Positions 24,227-34,137 of a DNA stretch of 42,992 nucleotides are shown piece after piece. The notes beneath the pieces are model-generated. The model worked only from the letters and a program-made list of their open reading frames with translations. It did no database searches and was not told the DNA's origin. The stretch is from a virus (Duplodnaviria; Caudoviricetes): positions 1-42,992 of IMG/VR virus record IMGVR_UViG_3300048898_000130. One strand, written 5' to 3'. Position 1 is the stretch's first letter; each line of letters starts with the position of its first letter. Position numbers and translations under genes: made by a program.

Positions 24227-24438
24227 GCGGCGACCCGGAAATGGATCGCCTCTACGCCGAGGCCCGCGAGCGTGCCAAGGCCCGTGCCGAGGCCTACTGG
24301 AAGAGCCCACCTCCGCCCCGGACCGAGGAGCAGGAGCGAGAGTTCCAGAAGCGCAGGCGTGATGCCGCTCGCGCTTTCGGGTGTGATGTCAGCCGCGTCT
24401 ACTGGCACGGGCCAGATCAGGCGTGGTCGTGTCGGTAA
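24223..24438 (+). CDS. Hypothetical protein
   Basis: GTGA overlap. Confidence 0.6.
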   Translation: MSGDPEMDRLYAEARERAKARAEAYWKSPPPPRTEEQEREFQKRRRDAARAFGCDVSRVYWHGPDQAWSCR

Positions 24439-24452
24439 CTGCAGGAGGGACC

Positions 24453-24608
24453 ATGACCGAGAAGAACGTGATCTGGGCGCCCATCGTGCCCAAGCCCGAA
24501 CCGCTCTGGAAGACTCCCCTCGAGATGGCCGCGGCTTACTTGGCCGCAGAGCCCCGGGTGAACCGGAGCCAGAGGTACAGCCTCGTGGTGACCGAGGTGA
24601 AGCCGTGA
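24453..24608 (+). CDS. Hypothetical protein
   Basis: AGGAGG SD. Confidence 0.6.
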   Translation: MTEKNVIWAPIVPKPEPLWKTPLEMAAAYLAAEPRVNRSQRYSLVVTEVKP

Positions 24609-24871
24609 AGTTCACGAGCGCCCTGGACGAGCTCCAGCACTGGCTCGGCATGCTCGAGGTGGACGTCCGCCTAGGGATTGCACAGCGGCACCTGAACGCG
24701 ACGGCCCGGCTCTGTTGGGTGCTCATCGATTCGATGCGAGAGGACCCGCCACCCGTGAAGGTCGGCGAGTTCAACCTGCTGCAGATTCGCTTGCTCGACC
24801 TGCAGCGGGCCATCGATGGCAACGTGAAGAAGCCGCACAAGGCGCGGGCACGATTGCGGTTGGTGCAGTAA
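24605..24871 (+). CDS. Hypothetical protein
   Basis: GAGGTG SD, GTGA overlap. Confidence 0.6.
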   Translation: MKFTSALDELQHWLGMLEVDVRLGIAQRHLNATARLCWVLIDSMREDPPPVKVGEFNLLQIRLLDLQRAIDGNVKKPHKARARLRLVQ

Positions 24872-24933
24872 TCCCGGGCGTTCGTACCCAATCGGGATCG
24901 CGAGCAGGCTAGAATGAGTGGGAGGAGTGAATC

Positions 24934-25458
24934 ATGGCGAGAGACGAAAAGTTCGAGACCCGCGACGAGGACCTAGGCGCGACCGATTGGCGCGCGTACT
25001 TTGACAGCAGCTGCTTTCGCGTCTGGCACCTGGCCGGCAAAGAGCGCACCTTCAAGATCGGCAAGGTGACCCGGCTAACGAGCGAGATGGTCAACGGGGG
25101 CAAGCGCGAGATCAAAAAGCAGCCGAAGCTCGAGCTCATCGACGCCAAGGGCAACAAGGTTCCGTTGCCGCTCCTGCTCAACAAAACCAACGCGAAGACG
25201 ATCGCGCGCCTGTACGGCAACAACCCGGGCGCCTGGGTCGGCAAGCTCATCACCCTGCACCCGGCCACGACCAGTGTCGGGGGCGAGGACGTGGACTGCA
25301 TCCGGGTCCGGAACGAGGCCCCGCGCCGCACCAAGGCCAAGCCAGAGCAGGCACCAGCGCCGGTCACGAACGGCCACGACGACGGACCTCTGCACCGCGA
25401 GCCAGGGGACGACGACGAGCCGCCCATGGGAGCACTGGAGTCTGACCGTGTCCAGTAA
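24934..25458 (+). CDS. Conserved phage protein, putative ssDNA-binding/recombination partner
   Basis: LLLNKTNAKTIARLYG...WVGKLITL...DCIRVR with acidic tail REPGDDDE; upstream of exonuclease; TAGAAT and GGAGG upstream. Confidence 0.55.
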   Translation: MARDEKFETRDEDLGATDWRAYFDSSCFRVWHLAGKERTFKIGKVTRLTSEMVNGGKREIKKQPKLELIDAKGNKVPLPLLLNKTNAKTIARLYGNNPGAWVGKLITLHPATTSVGGEDVDCIRVRNEAPRRTKAKPEQAPAPVTNGHDDGPLHREPGDDDEPPMGALESDRVQ

Positions 25459-26227
25459 CGACAACGCGCCACCGGACCCGCTCCGATTCTCGCGGCTGAA
25501 GCTCATGGGCAAGAGCGCGGCCCACTACGCGCTTGGCAGGAGCGACGAGACCGCCAGCATGCGCAAGGGCACGGCCGTACACAGCTACCTGCTGGGAGAC
25601 CCCGACCGGGTGAAGATCTACGAGGGCAAGCGGGACAAGCGCGTGAAGGCGTATCAGGCGTTCCTGGAAGAGAATCCCGATTGCGACGTGCTCTCGCCGC
25701 GGGAGGCCGTGGACGTGGAAGGGATGCGGGTCGCTCTGCAGAAGCACGACCGGGCCATGGAGCTGCTCGACGGCATCCGGGAGCAGCGCATCGAGTGGAG
25801 CCTCTCCGGCCGCACGTGTGCGGGAACGCCGGACGTGGTCCACGTGCGCGACGGGGCCAAGATCGTGGTCGAGCTGAAGACCGGGCAGAGCTCCGCGCCC
25901 GACCTCTTCAGGTGGCAAGCGCGAAAGCTGGCCTATCATGCCCAGATCGCTTGGTACGCGCGCGGGCTCGAAACGGCGCTCGTGTATAGCCCCGGCCCGG
26001 TCACCGAGCAATATATCGTCGCGGTGGAGTCGAGCCCGCCCTATCCCGTGACCGTGTTCCGGGTGACGGACGCGCTCCGGCGCGCGGGTGACAAGCAATG
26101 GCGGCTCTGGCTCGAGTACCTGCTCGTGTGCGAGCGGACGGGCAGGTTCCCGGGCTATGTCGATTGCGACGTGGAGCTCGACGAGGAAGAGGTCGAGCTC
26201 GAGTGGGACGACGAGGCAGCGGCATGA
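25448..26227 (+). CDS. PD-(D/E)XK exonuclease (RecE/ExoVIII-like)
   Basis: FSRLK, GTAVH, GTPD, VELKT, YHAQIAWY, VAVESSPPY. Confidence 0.85.
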   Translation: MSSNDNAPPDPLRFSRLKLMGKSAAHYALGRSDETASMRKGTAVHSYLLGDPDRVKIYEGKRDKRVKAYQAFLEENPDCDVLSPREAVDVEGMRVALQKHDRAMELLDGIREQRIEWSLSGRTCAGTPDVVHVRDGAKIVVELKTGQSSAPDLFRWQARKLAYHAQIAWYARGLETALVYSPGPVTEQYIVAVESSPPYPVTVFRVTDALRRAGDKQWRLWLEYLLVCERTGRFPGYVDCDVELDEEEVELEWDDEAAA

Positions 26228-26253
26228 CCCCGGGCGAGGGTCTTGGAGGGAAC

Positions 26254-26787
26254 ATGACGGAAGAACTCACGGCAGAGGAGCGGGAGTGGTTCCTGACACG
26301 AACCCCGCCGCACGGCCCAAAACTCATGCGCCTCTACGACGCCGCGCTGGCCCTTGCTGAGAGCCATAAGGCAGAGGCCTGCACGGCACTGGGGCGCGAA
26401 ATCAAGGTGCTGACTGCACTGAATGTCGCGCTGGCCCGGGCGGAGGCGGCGGAGAAAGCACTGCGTGACAGTGACGCACGTTGGGTGCGCGCTTACGGGC
26501 CTTCCGCCGAGTCCGCGCTCGCAGAAGCGACCGAGATCGTGCGCATGGTGGACGGCGCTCAGTTGCAGGGCGTGTTCCCATTCCTGGCGAGGTCGGCACG
26601 CGCCTTCCTCTCCCGCACCCCAGCGCCAGCAGCGAAGGAGGAGCCCACCCTGCTCGAGCGCATCGAGGCGGAGTGCGAAAGCGTCAACGGCACGTACTCG
26701 CATCCAGACCAGCTGGAGCAAGCCGTGTGCAAGGCCTTTGACAATATCCGTGAGCTCATCCGCGCCAGCAAGGCAGGTGGGGCGTGA
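26254..26787 (+). CDS. Hypothetical protein (alternative start 26224)
   Basis: GGAGG SD; coiled-coil ARAEAAEKAL. Confidence 0.6.
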   Translation: MTEELTAEEREWFLTRTPPHGPKLMRLYDAALALAESHKAEACTALGREIKVLTALNVALARAEAAEKALRDSDARWVRAYGPSAESALAEATEIVRMVDGAQLQGVFPFLARSARAFLSRTPAPAAKEEPTLLERIEAECESVNGTYSHPDQLEQAVCKAFDNIRELIRASKAGGA

Positions 26788-27059
26788 CCGCAGCCCCGGA
26801 GATGCCGGAGCGCATAGACGGATGGTGGTGGGACGGCAGCCAGTACCGGCGCGTCGACCCGCACGATGAGGAGATGAGCCTGGACACGGTGCGCTGCCTG
26901 CTGAAGCTCGCCGGCCTCAGCATCTGCACGGAGGCAGAGCGGAAGGTGCTGGAGGAAGCGATCGCCTGCTTCAGGTGCCCTGAACGCGAGTACGGCGCCA
27001 AGGTCACGACCTTGCATGAATCGATCAAGGCCGAACTCGCACGACGGGGCCAGCCATGA
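26784..27059 (+). CDS. Hypothetical protein
   Basis: GTGA overlap. Confidence 0.6.
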   Translation: MTAAPEMPERIDGWWWDGSQYRRVDPHDEEMSLDTVRCLLKLAGLSICTEAERKVLEEAIACFRCPEREYGAKVTTLHESIKAELARRGQP

Positions 27060-27670
27060 CCCAACGCAAGGCCTCTCCCGAGACCCTGGCCCGATTGTGT
27101 GAGGCGGTGGACAGGGAGGTCCAGGCGGGTAGGTTCGCGAGTCCAGCGCTGGAAACGCCACTGGCGAGGTACCGCGCCGAGACCACGCCGCCACTCCGGA
27201 GCGGGGCCGAGGTGGATGCGGAGATAGCCAAGCTCACACGGGAATGCGTGCGGGATGAATGGGCAGGCGATGACGTCTACGCCAAATGGGAGTCGGTGAC
27301 CAAGCTCTGCGCCGAGCCCACCGCCCCCGAGCCCGCGCCTTCCGCGGAGGTGGACGCGAGACCGAAGTGCATCCGATGCGGCCAGAGGTGGATCCCGACG
27401 GAAGGACTCGACGCGACCCGCGCGTGGTGCCTGCTCTGCGTCACTGGCTGCGCGCGGCCCCGTGAACCCGAGCCCAACCCCCTCACCGACCACGACCAGG
27501 ACACGCGAGAAGAGCGCCCATGCGGCTGTGAAGACAGTGACCGGCTCAACGGCTACCTGCGAGACATCAAGTTCCTGCACCGCCAGTGGAGCGACGAGAA
27601 GGGCCTAGCCGGGCATACCCTCACGCAGATCGGCAACGTGGTCCTGCGCTGGATGAGCAACCTGCCATGA
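27056..27670 (+). CDS. Hypothetical protein with CxxC motifs
   Basis: CIRC...CLLC; ATGA overlap. Confidence 0.6.
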   Translation: MTQRKASPETLARLCEAVDREVQAGRFASPALETPLARYRAETTPPLRSGAEVDAEIAKLTRECVRDEWAGDDVYAKWESVTKLCAEPTAPEPAPSAEVDARPKCIRCGQRWIPTEGLDATRAWCLLCVTGCARPREPEPNPLTDHDQDTREERPCGCEDSDRLNGYLRDIKFLHRQWSDEKGLAGHTLTQIGNVVLRWMSNLP

Positions 27671-27774
27671 CCCGCCCTCCCCTCGACCTGCACACCCTCG
27701 GGGCCATCGTCTTTGCGGTAGGCCTGTTCCTGGCCATGGCGGCTCCGGTGATTGCGTGGCTGCTGCAGCGATGA
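27667..27774 (+). CDS. Small TM peptide
   Basis: LGAIVFAVGLFLAMAAPVIAWLL; coupled both sides. Confidence 0.5.
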   Translation: MTRPPLDLHTLGAIVFAVGLFLAMAAPVIAWLLQR

Positions 27775-28079
27775 GCCGCAACCCCGCCGCCCAAGGCCGC
27801 AAGGACTCCACCCAGCCCGAGATGGTCGACTACCTGGAAGGCGAGCAACACCTGGTCGAGGACCTGCACCGGGTCGGCGGCGGCTGCCCGGATTTGCTCG
27901 TGGGCGCGACCTGGGGCGAGCTCCTTCTCGTCGAATGCAAAGCCCCCGGCGGCAGGCTCACCCCCGAGCAGAAGCGCTGGCACCTGAAGTGGAGGCGCCT
28001 CCCCAGGTGCATGCCCAAGAGCGTGGTGGAACTCCGGGCCTGGATGGAGAAGCGGAGGCGGTTGTGGCTGGCGCGGTAG
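27771..28079 (+). CDS. VRR-NUC-like nuclease / Holliday junction resolvase
   Basis: GCPDLLVG...LVECK...GRLTPEQKRW. Confidence 0.85.
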   Translation: MSRNPAAQGRKDSTQPEMVDYLEGEQHLVEDLHRVGGGCPDLLVGATWGELLLVECKAPGGRLTPEQKRWHLKWRRLPRCMPKSVVELRAWMEKRRRLWLAR

Positions 28080-28195
28080 ACGACCTCACCGAGAAGGAGC
28101 AAGCCTTCCGCGCGCTCCTCGAGAACCCCAAGGCCTACTCCGCTTGGGCGAGGGAGGTCCGGGCGAGGTGGGCGGCAGAGAGGAGAGGGAAGTGA
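28064..28195 (+). CDS. Small hypothetical protein
   Basis: GGAGG SD before GTG; fills gap, coupled to next gene. Confidence 0.45.
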   Translation: MAGAVDDLTEKEQAFRALLENPKAYSAWAREVRARWAAERRGK

Positions 28196-28659
28196 GAACG
28201 ATCATCCTGGGCGGACCGAGCCGCGGCAAGAGCACCCTGGCCGAGTCGTACAAGGCTCGCGGGATCCCCGTCTTCTGTGGCGACCCGGCCTCCACAGTGC
28301 TCTACCAGAAGGCGGGGACGACCTACCTCCCCGAGGGGCTCCCCTTTGCTGGCGACGGCGGCGGTGGCGACTGGGTAGCTCGCAATTGGTTCCTGATGCC
28401 GGGCCCTTGGGTGTGCGAGGGGCATGTCATGGCGCGCGCGATCCGGCGTTGGTTCACCCTCGGTGTCCCGGGCTTTCCAGCAGATCAGATCGTCGTGCTC
28501 GATTGCCCTCCGCACCGCTACACGGGAGAGGGGCGGGAAAGAATGCACCGCTCGGTCCTGAAGGTTTGGCGAGAGGTGGAGCACCGGTTTCCTCTGCACA
28601 TGGTCGAGACCCGGACCGAGGTGCAGCCGCTGCTAGACAACGTCGACCCGCTGCGCTAG
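28192..28659 (+). CDS. Small P-loop NTPase/kinase-like protein
   Basis: IILGGPSRGKSTLA; WVCEG; DQIVVLD as in NMP-kinase-like fold. Confidence 0.7.
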   Translation: MRTIILGGPSRGKSTLAESYKARGIPVFCGDPASTVLYQKAGTTYLPEGLPFAGDGGGGDWVARNWFLMPGPWVCEGHVMARAIRRWFTLGVPGFPADQIVVLDCPPHRYTGEGRERMHRSVLKVWREVEHRFPLHMVETRTEVQPLLDNVDPLR

Positions 28660-31600
28660 CCCATCGTGCCCATCGTGGCACCGGTGAGGCTCGGGGTAGC
28701 GGCGACCATCCGCTTGGCATCCGTCGGTGCTCTGGAACTCCCTCCGCCCGGAGGCGCCGGCGGCTGAGCAGAGGCCCCCGTCTTGGCTGCCCGCGTGCTG
28801 AATGCACTCGAGCCTGCACCGTCGAAGCCGAACATCAGGTCCAAGCGCATCAGCATCGTATCGTCCAAGGGCTCGCCGCTCACCTGCGCGTTGCCGATCT
28901 TCTCGAGGACAGTCTGCTGGGTCTGCTCCCAGAGGCGCGGGTAGAGCTTCTGGATCGTCTCGGCCTCCTGGATGCGCAGGCCGGCCAAGTTCTTCACCGT
29001 GTCGATGGGGTGCTCGACGGCGTTCCAATAGATCGACCAGTCCTCCACCGCTTCACGGCTCGGTGGATAGCCTCCGGGGCGAGCGACGCTCACGGCCACG
29101 TTTGCCGGCATGCGATCGATGAGAAACTGGCGGGCTTCGGCTGCCTTGCCTGATAGCAGCATGAACGCCTCAGGGCTCTGCTCTTGCAGGCCGCTGAAAT
29201 CTCCGCTCACCCGTTCGAAAAAGCTATCCTCGTCGAGCAAGGCATCCCTTCGGCGCTCAAAGGCCTTCTGTGGCGAGTCGTCGTTGCCCATGAAGCGCGC
29301 CATGCCGACGGTCACGCCACGCCGTTTAGCGCTCTCTGCCAGGGCGCGGACCTCGGGGCTCAACTGGGGGAGCTTCTTCAGAAGGGCCGGGATCTTCCCT
29401 CCGCCTCGGATCTTACTCGACCGGATCCAGTCGTCCACGCTGCGTCCGACGGCGGAATCCGTGGCCTGGGTCAGTCGGCGGTATGCCGAGCCGAGGTCTC
29501 CGGTGATGGCCCCCTTGATGCTCTTGCCCACGAACGGCAAGGAATCGGCAGCCTTGCCGATGGTCTCCATTCGCCCCGTGGCGTCGGCGACTTCATCCGC
29601 CAACCCCAGCGTGCGGCGAACCTTGTCAGCCTTGGCAATCACTGCCTCGGCCTTCACCCGGTCGCCCCCGAACTTCAGGCTCGACTCCGCGTTCGCAGTC
29701 ATCGCGTCGAGCATCTTGCTCACCTGTGCCCGGACCTCGGGATCGGGACCGTCGAGTACGGCGCGGACTTGTTTCTCCCAGCCCTTCTTTTCGAACGCAT
29801 CCAGGCTCGGCAAGAGGTCTCCGGCGGTCTGATGGTGCGCGGCCAGGATGTTACCCGCGTCGCCCCAGGTCTTGTTGTCCTCGAGACCCCGCTGCACCGT
29901 ACCCGAGAACTCATCGAGCTTGGCCAATAGGCGTTCCTGTGCAGGGCTTCTGGCTTCGACCTTGGCGAGCTTGTCCTTGAGGTTGAGAGTCGCTTGCTTC
30001 AGCGCGTTGCCCGCCTCGAACATCTCCGCCCCGGTCTTGGCCTTGCCGATCTGTTGGGCATTCTCGATGAGCGCGAGCGTGAGGGCCTTCTCTTCGGGTG
30101 CCGCGTAGTACATGCCGCCCTTGCCGAGGCGATAGGCGTTGGCCCTGGCTTCGGCTTTGAGCTGCCCGCTCCACTTGGCGGAGTTCTCGGCCATCGTCCG
30201 GGCTGCCTGCTGCTGGGCTCCTAGGTTGTCGCTCACCTTGCCGGCGGCACGTTGGACTTGGTTCTCGGTCAGGCCCCGGGCGTCCCTCACGGCAGCGCCG
30301 AGATCGGTCTGCATCTCGCGGGTGGCAGAGTCGAGGATCGCCTCTCGGTTCTGGTAGAGCCTGCGATCGCGAAACAGCCCCGAGGCTTCGGGCTCGACGG
30401 TCTCGGCTGCTCCGCGGGTGGCCTTGGCGACGATTTCCTCCGCGTCGGCCTTGCTGGCATTTCTCACCGCCCGGGACATGCCGTTGTCTGCGGCTTCCTT
30501 GGCTGCGCTCTCGGCAGCGGAAGCCCCTGCTTTGCGCTCGAGCCGGGACAGGGCGCCGAGGCCCCGACCGTGCCCCAGCAGCGCCGTGGCCCCTGCTACT
30601 CCGAGGCCGACCAGGCCCGCTTGCTCCGGGTCGAGGCCGAGTTGGTCAGCGGCGATGCCTGCCCCCGCTCCGACGGTCGTGGCTCCGATCGGGCTGGTCA
30701 GGATGTCGCCGATGCCCTGGCCTATCTCGGTGAAGCCGCGCTGGTTGCCGCGCACCTTGCCGAGGTAGGCCTCTGCTGCTTTCGGGGAGTCTCCGAGCGT
30801 GAGGAGATCGACACCCTGCACGTTCTCGGTGCCTCCCCCGTGTGCACCGATGGTCTGCTCCAATTCATCGAGGCCGGCCTTGTAACGGTCGTACTTGGCG
30901 CGCGCCTTGGGCGGGAGTTCTTCGGGAGCTCGGCCTTCCAGGATGTCGCTGATGCGGCCGGAGTACTCGTCGTGCAACGCATGCAGCGACTCCTCCACTT
31001 GGTCCCGGGCCTGGGTCACCCGCTCGCCGTGGCGTTCCACGATGTCGTTGGCTCCCAGGTCGTCGGTGGTGCCAGCGGGGGCCTTGCCCTCGAGCTCCCG
31101 GAGTTTGCCCAGGCGCTGCTCGAGCTTGGCCTGCAGCTTGGCCACCTTGGGGCTCGCGGGCTCCACTGTTGGCGCAGGACCCACGTCGACTCCCCCGGCG
31201 GCCGCCCGCTGCTGGTCGATGCGCTCTCTCGCCCGTTGATAGGCAGGGCTCCGCTCACCCGCGGGCAGCCCTGCCGCGGCCTCGGGTGCCGCCTCCTGCG
31301 CGGCCTTGCCCTCTGCAGCGGCTGCCGTGTGCGCCACCTCCTCCGCGCTCATGACGCCGGCCTTGGCTGCCTTGGCCTCGGTGAGGGCCTGGCGGGCAAT
31401 CGGGACTCCGCCGAGCGCCACTCCCAGCCCGGTCCAAATGGCCGTCTGCTCCACGTCCCGGCCGATGTCCTCGTGGCCGAAGGTGCGCCCTTCCCCGTAG
31501 GCGGTCTGCGCTGCCTGGACCGCACCGCCCCCGAGTTCCCCCGCGGCCAGGGTGCCGAGCCGCGCAGCAGTGCTGGCGCCGACCCCGGCTTCGGCCCCGA

Positions 31601-31934
31601 GCGCCGCACCTGCGAGGCCTCCTGTGAGTGCGCCTACCCCGAGCGCCGGGGCCACGTCCGCAGCAAAGCTCGTGACGGGAGATAGCTCCCGGCTCACCTC
31701 GTCGCGCGCGCGGATCTCCTCCGGAGTGCCAAAGCCCGTGACCTGCCCGAGGGTCGCCCCGCGCAACAGGCGCTCGCCCTGCGCTTGTGCCTGCTGCCCC
31801 GTGGTGCCGTAGTCGAGCTCGCGTTGGGTCTTCTCGAGCTCTTCGGTGGACGGCTCGGTGTAGCCCTGAGCCAGGTAGGAGCTCGGGTCCTTTACGTTGA
31901 TGATCGCCCCGGTCTCGGGGTTACGGACTAGCAT
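28656..31934 (-). CDS. Large internal virion / DNA ejection protein (putative), 1092 aa
   Basis: Ala/Gly-rich helical protein with hydrophobic glycine-zipper segments; last of three genes after the nozzle gene. Confidence 0.65.
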   Translation of the reverse strand: MLVRNPETGAIINVKDPSSYLAQGYTEPSTEELEKTQRELDYGTTGQQAQAQGERLLRGATLGQVTGFGTPEEIRARDEVSRELSPVTSFAADVAPALGVGALTGGLAGAALGAEAGVGASTAARLGTLAAGELGGGAVQAAQTAYGEGRTFGHEDIGRDVEQTAIWTGLGVALGGVPIARQALTEAKAAKAGVMSAEEVAHTAAAAEGKAAQEAAPEAAAGLPAGERSPAYQRARERIDQQRAAAGGVDVGPAPTVEPASPKVAKLQAKLEQRLGKLRELEGKAPAGTTDDLGANDIVERHGERVTQARDQVEESLHALHDEYSGRISDILEGRAPEELPPKARAKYDRYKAGLDELEQTIGAHGGGTENVQGVDLLTLGDSPKAAEAYLGKVRGNQRGFTEIGQGIGDILTSPIGATTVGAGAGIAADQLGLDPEQAGLVGLGVAGATALLGHGRGLGALSRLERKAGASAAESAAKEAADNGMSRAVRNASKADAEEIVAKATRGAAETVEPEASGLFRDRRLYQNREAILDSATREMQTDLGAAVRDARGLTENQVQRAAGKVSDNLGAQQQAARTMAENSAKWSGQLKAEARANAYRLGKGGMYYAAPEEKALTLALIENAQQIGKAKTGAEMFEAGNALKQATLNLKDKLAKVEARSPAQERLLAKLDEFSGTVQRGLEDNKTWGDAGNILAAHHQTAGDLLPSLDAFEKKGWEKQVRAVLDGPDPEVRAQVSKMLDAMTANAESSLKFGGDRVKAEAVIAKADKVRRTLGLADEVADATGRMETIGKAADSLPFVGKSIKGAITGDLGSAYRRLTQATDSAVGRSVDDWIRSSKIRGGGKIPALLKKLPQLSPEVRALAESAKRRGVTVGMARFMGNDDSPQKAFERRRDALLDEDSFFERVSGDFSGLQEQSPEAFMLLSGKAAEARQFLIDRMPANVAVSVARPGGYPPSREAVEDWSIYWNAVEHPIDTVKNLAGLRIQEAETIQKLYPRLWEQTQQTVLEKIGNAQVSGEPLDDTMLMRLDLMFGFDGAGSSAFSTRAAKTGASAQPPAPPGGGSSRAPTDAKRMVAATPSLTGATMGTMG

Positions 31935-34137
31935 CGATCCACCTGCGCAATCCGTTCACATAGGTTGACTCGTCATCGGTGTAGTAGCCGCCGTCCTTCA
32001 GTGCCGCAGCGAACTCGTCCACATCGCCATGTTGTAGCGCGGCATAGGCGGCGGGGAATTTGCGCTTTAGATAATCGATGTGGTCACCGACGGCTTCGTC
32101 GGCAGTGGCGTAGGCGCGGAAGGTACCCGGCACGCTCTTCTTGTCCTTGCCTCCGCCCTCGGTGGTCTGCGCCGTGACGGACGGTTCATTGCCCTTTGCC
32201 TTGTGACCGAAGAAGTTGTTGCCCACGAAGTGCTTTCCGTTGTCGGTCTCGTGCGCAGCCTGAGCGAACAGGATGGCCTGTCCTGCTGGGGGGAGTTCCT
32301 TGCCGGCTTGCGCCGCGATGGCTCCCCGGACGTCCTCGATGCTGGCTTTCGGTTGCTCGCCTGCCGGCGCCGCCTTGCGCCGCTGCAACTCGGCGGCGAT
32401 GTCACTGCTCGTGGCCGTGCTCTCGCCGCCCCCGGTCCCGGCGGCATCGCGTCCGGCGCCCTGGCCCTGGAACGTGCGATCGTACTCGGCGGCAGCTCGT
32501 GGCCCGTAGGTGGCGGTCAGGCGATCGCGGGCTTCCTCCTGCTGCCCCATCATGCGCTCGACCGCTCGGATCGTGCCTTCCTCGGTGTCGAGGCCGAGTG
32601 TCTTGGCGGCCGCAACTCGGTCGTTGTCGGTCGGTGCGCGGCCAGGATTCTGCTCCTGTGCCTTGGCGGACACGAGGTCCTGCAGTGAGGAGCGGATCGC
32701 GATGCCTTCCTTGGTCGTGAGTGCCGTGTCGAGCGCCTGGGGCAGGGCTCCGACCACCGGTAGCTTGCCGAGGTCTTGCAGGAAGGAATCGATCTTTCCC
32801 ACGCCGGGAATGCCGTTCTTCAGGATCTCATCGCGGTTGGCAAAGCGGCCTGTCTTCGGATCGAAGCCGGTCAGGCCCAAGGCATTGGCCGCGCGCGTGA
32901 TGCCCTTCGACCCCTGTTCCAGCGCCTGCCGCTTCTCGCCGTACTCTTTGACCTGCTGCCAGGGCAGTTCCTTGGGACCACCTCCCAAGGTCTCGGTCGT
33001 CTTGCCCAGACTCTCGGTCTCGGCCGCTTGGGATTTCTCCAGCTGTTTGGAGCGCAGGGCCTCGATGATGCCCGGGGTCGCCGCTGCGTAGGCGTCGCTC
33101 TTGGTCAGGCGCTGCAACTGCTCGGCGTGTTTGGCGAGAGCGTCGTAGTACTGGCCCTTGGCCATCTGCACGGCTTGCTCTTCGCTGCCGAGTTGGTCGG
33201 CGATGGCCCGGAGCTTCGAATCCCGTCGGGAGATCTGGCTCTGCACGTGCCTGTCGATGGCCCGATCGATCATGCGCAGACCCGCGTCCGATCCCGTGGC
33301 CCCCAGGAGCGCCGCTCCCAGCACGCTCATGATGGAGCCCGGTCCCTGCGCACTGATCAGGTCCCGCTCGATGCCGGCGTCGGCGACCTGGCGCTGCTCG
33401 TCGCGAAAGCGATTGAGCTTCTGCTGATGCTCGCGCACCTGAGCCTGCGCCGCTTCCTTCTCGGCCTGGATGCGGATGCGTTGATCGCGGATGTCGGCCC
33501 GCTCGATGGCAAACTGCGAATCCCGGCCCTGCTGCAGCGTGGTCTGCTCGTTGATGTTCTGATTGGCTCGTTCCTCTGCCTGGCGAGCGGCCACCTCGGG
33601 ATCGAGCCTGCCTGTCCGACCCGTCACCTCGAGTTGCGGCGGAGCGACGGCGGGAGCAGCGCCGATGCCTGTGGTGGGCGGACCCGGGGGCGGTTCGTTT
33701 ACCGCGAAGCCGGGCGAGGACACCGGCACGGCGCGCGCTTCCCGAGCAGCAGCGGCTTCGGCAGAGATGTCCGGGATCACCGGCTCTGAGCTTGCCGCCA
33801 CCGGTTCCGGCGTGAAGCCGGCCCCTGCTGCCGTGCTCCCGGGAAACGGCGTCGGTGCGGGGGGAGCGCTCGGATCGGGTGGAGGCGGCGGGGGACCCTC
33901 GGGCGGCTGGGTCAGGTCCATGAAGCTGCGTCCGTTGCCGTTGGCAGGGACGGCTCCACTGGCCGCACTGGCCGCATTGATCTCGTCGACCGAGTCCGGG
34001 TATTGCCCGACGTGCAGGGCGAGCTCCGGGTCCTCGATGAACTTCACCGACCCGTCGTCATAGTGCAGGTCACCGATCCCGAGCTGGTCAGCTCCCGGGA
34101 TATGCGGGTCCGGCACGAACTTCATCGGGATGGGCAT
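31921..34137 (-). CDS. Internal virion protein with C-terminal GH73/FlgJ-like glucosaminidase domain
   Basis: AQAAHET, NNFFGHKA, FRAYAT, FAAALKDGGYYTD..Y. Confidence 0.8.
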   Translation of the reverse strand: MPIPMKFVPDPHIPGADQLGIGDLHYDDGSVKFIEDPELALHVGQYPDSVDEINAASAASGAVPANGNGRSFMDLTQPPEGPPPPPPDPSAPPAPTPFPGSTAAGAGFTPEPVAASSEPVIPDISAEAAAAREARAVPVSSPGFAVNEPPPGPPTTGIGAAPAVAPPQLEVTGRTGRLDPEVAARQAEERANQNINEQTTLQQGRDSQFAIERADIRDQRIRIQAEKEAAQAQVREHQQKLNRFRDEQRQVADAGIERDLISAQGPGSIMSVLGAALLGATGSDAGLRMIDRAIDRHVQSQISRRDSKLRAIADQLGSEEQAVQMAKGQYYDALAKHAEQLQRLTKSDAYAAATPGIIEALRSKQLEKSQAAETESLGKTTETLGGGPKELPWQQVKEYGEKRQALEQGSKGITRAANALGLTGFDPKTGRFANRDEILKNGIPGVGKIDSFLQDLGKLPVVGALPQALDTALTTKEGIAIRSSLQDLVSAKAQEQNPGRAPTDNDRVAAAKTLGLDTEEGTIRAVERMMGQQEEARDRLTATYGPRAAAEYDRTFQGQGAGRDAAGTGGGESTATSSDIAAELQRRKAAPAGEQPKASIEDVRGAIAAQAGKELPPAGQAILFAQAAHETDNGKHFVGNNFFGHKAKGNEPSVTAQTTEGGGKDKKSVPGTFRAYATADEAVGDHIDYLKRKFPAAYAALQHGDVDEFAAALKDGGYYTDDESTYVNGLRRWIDASP

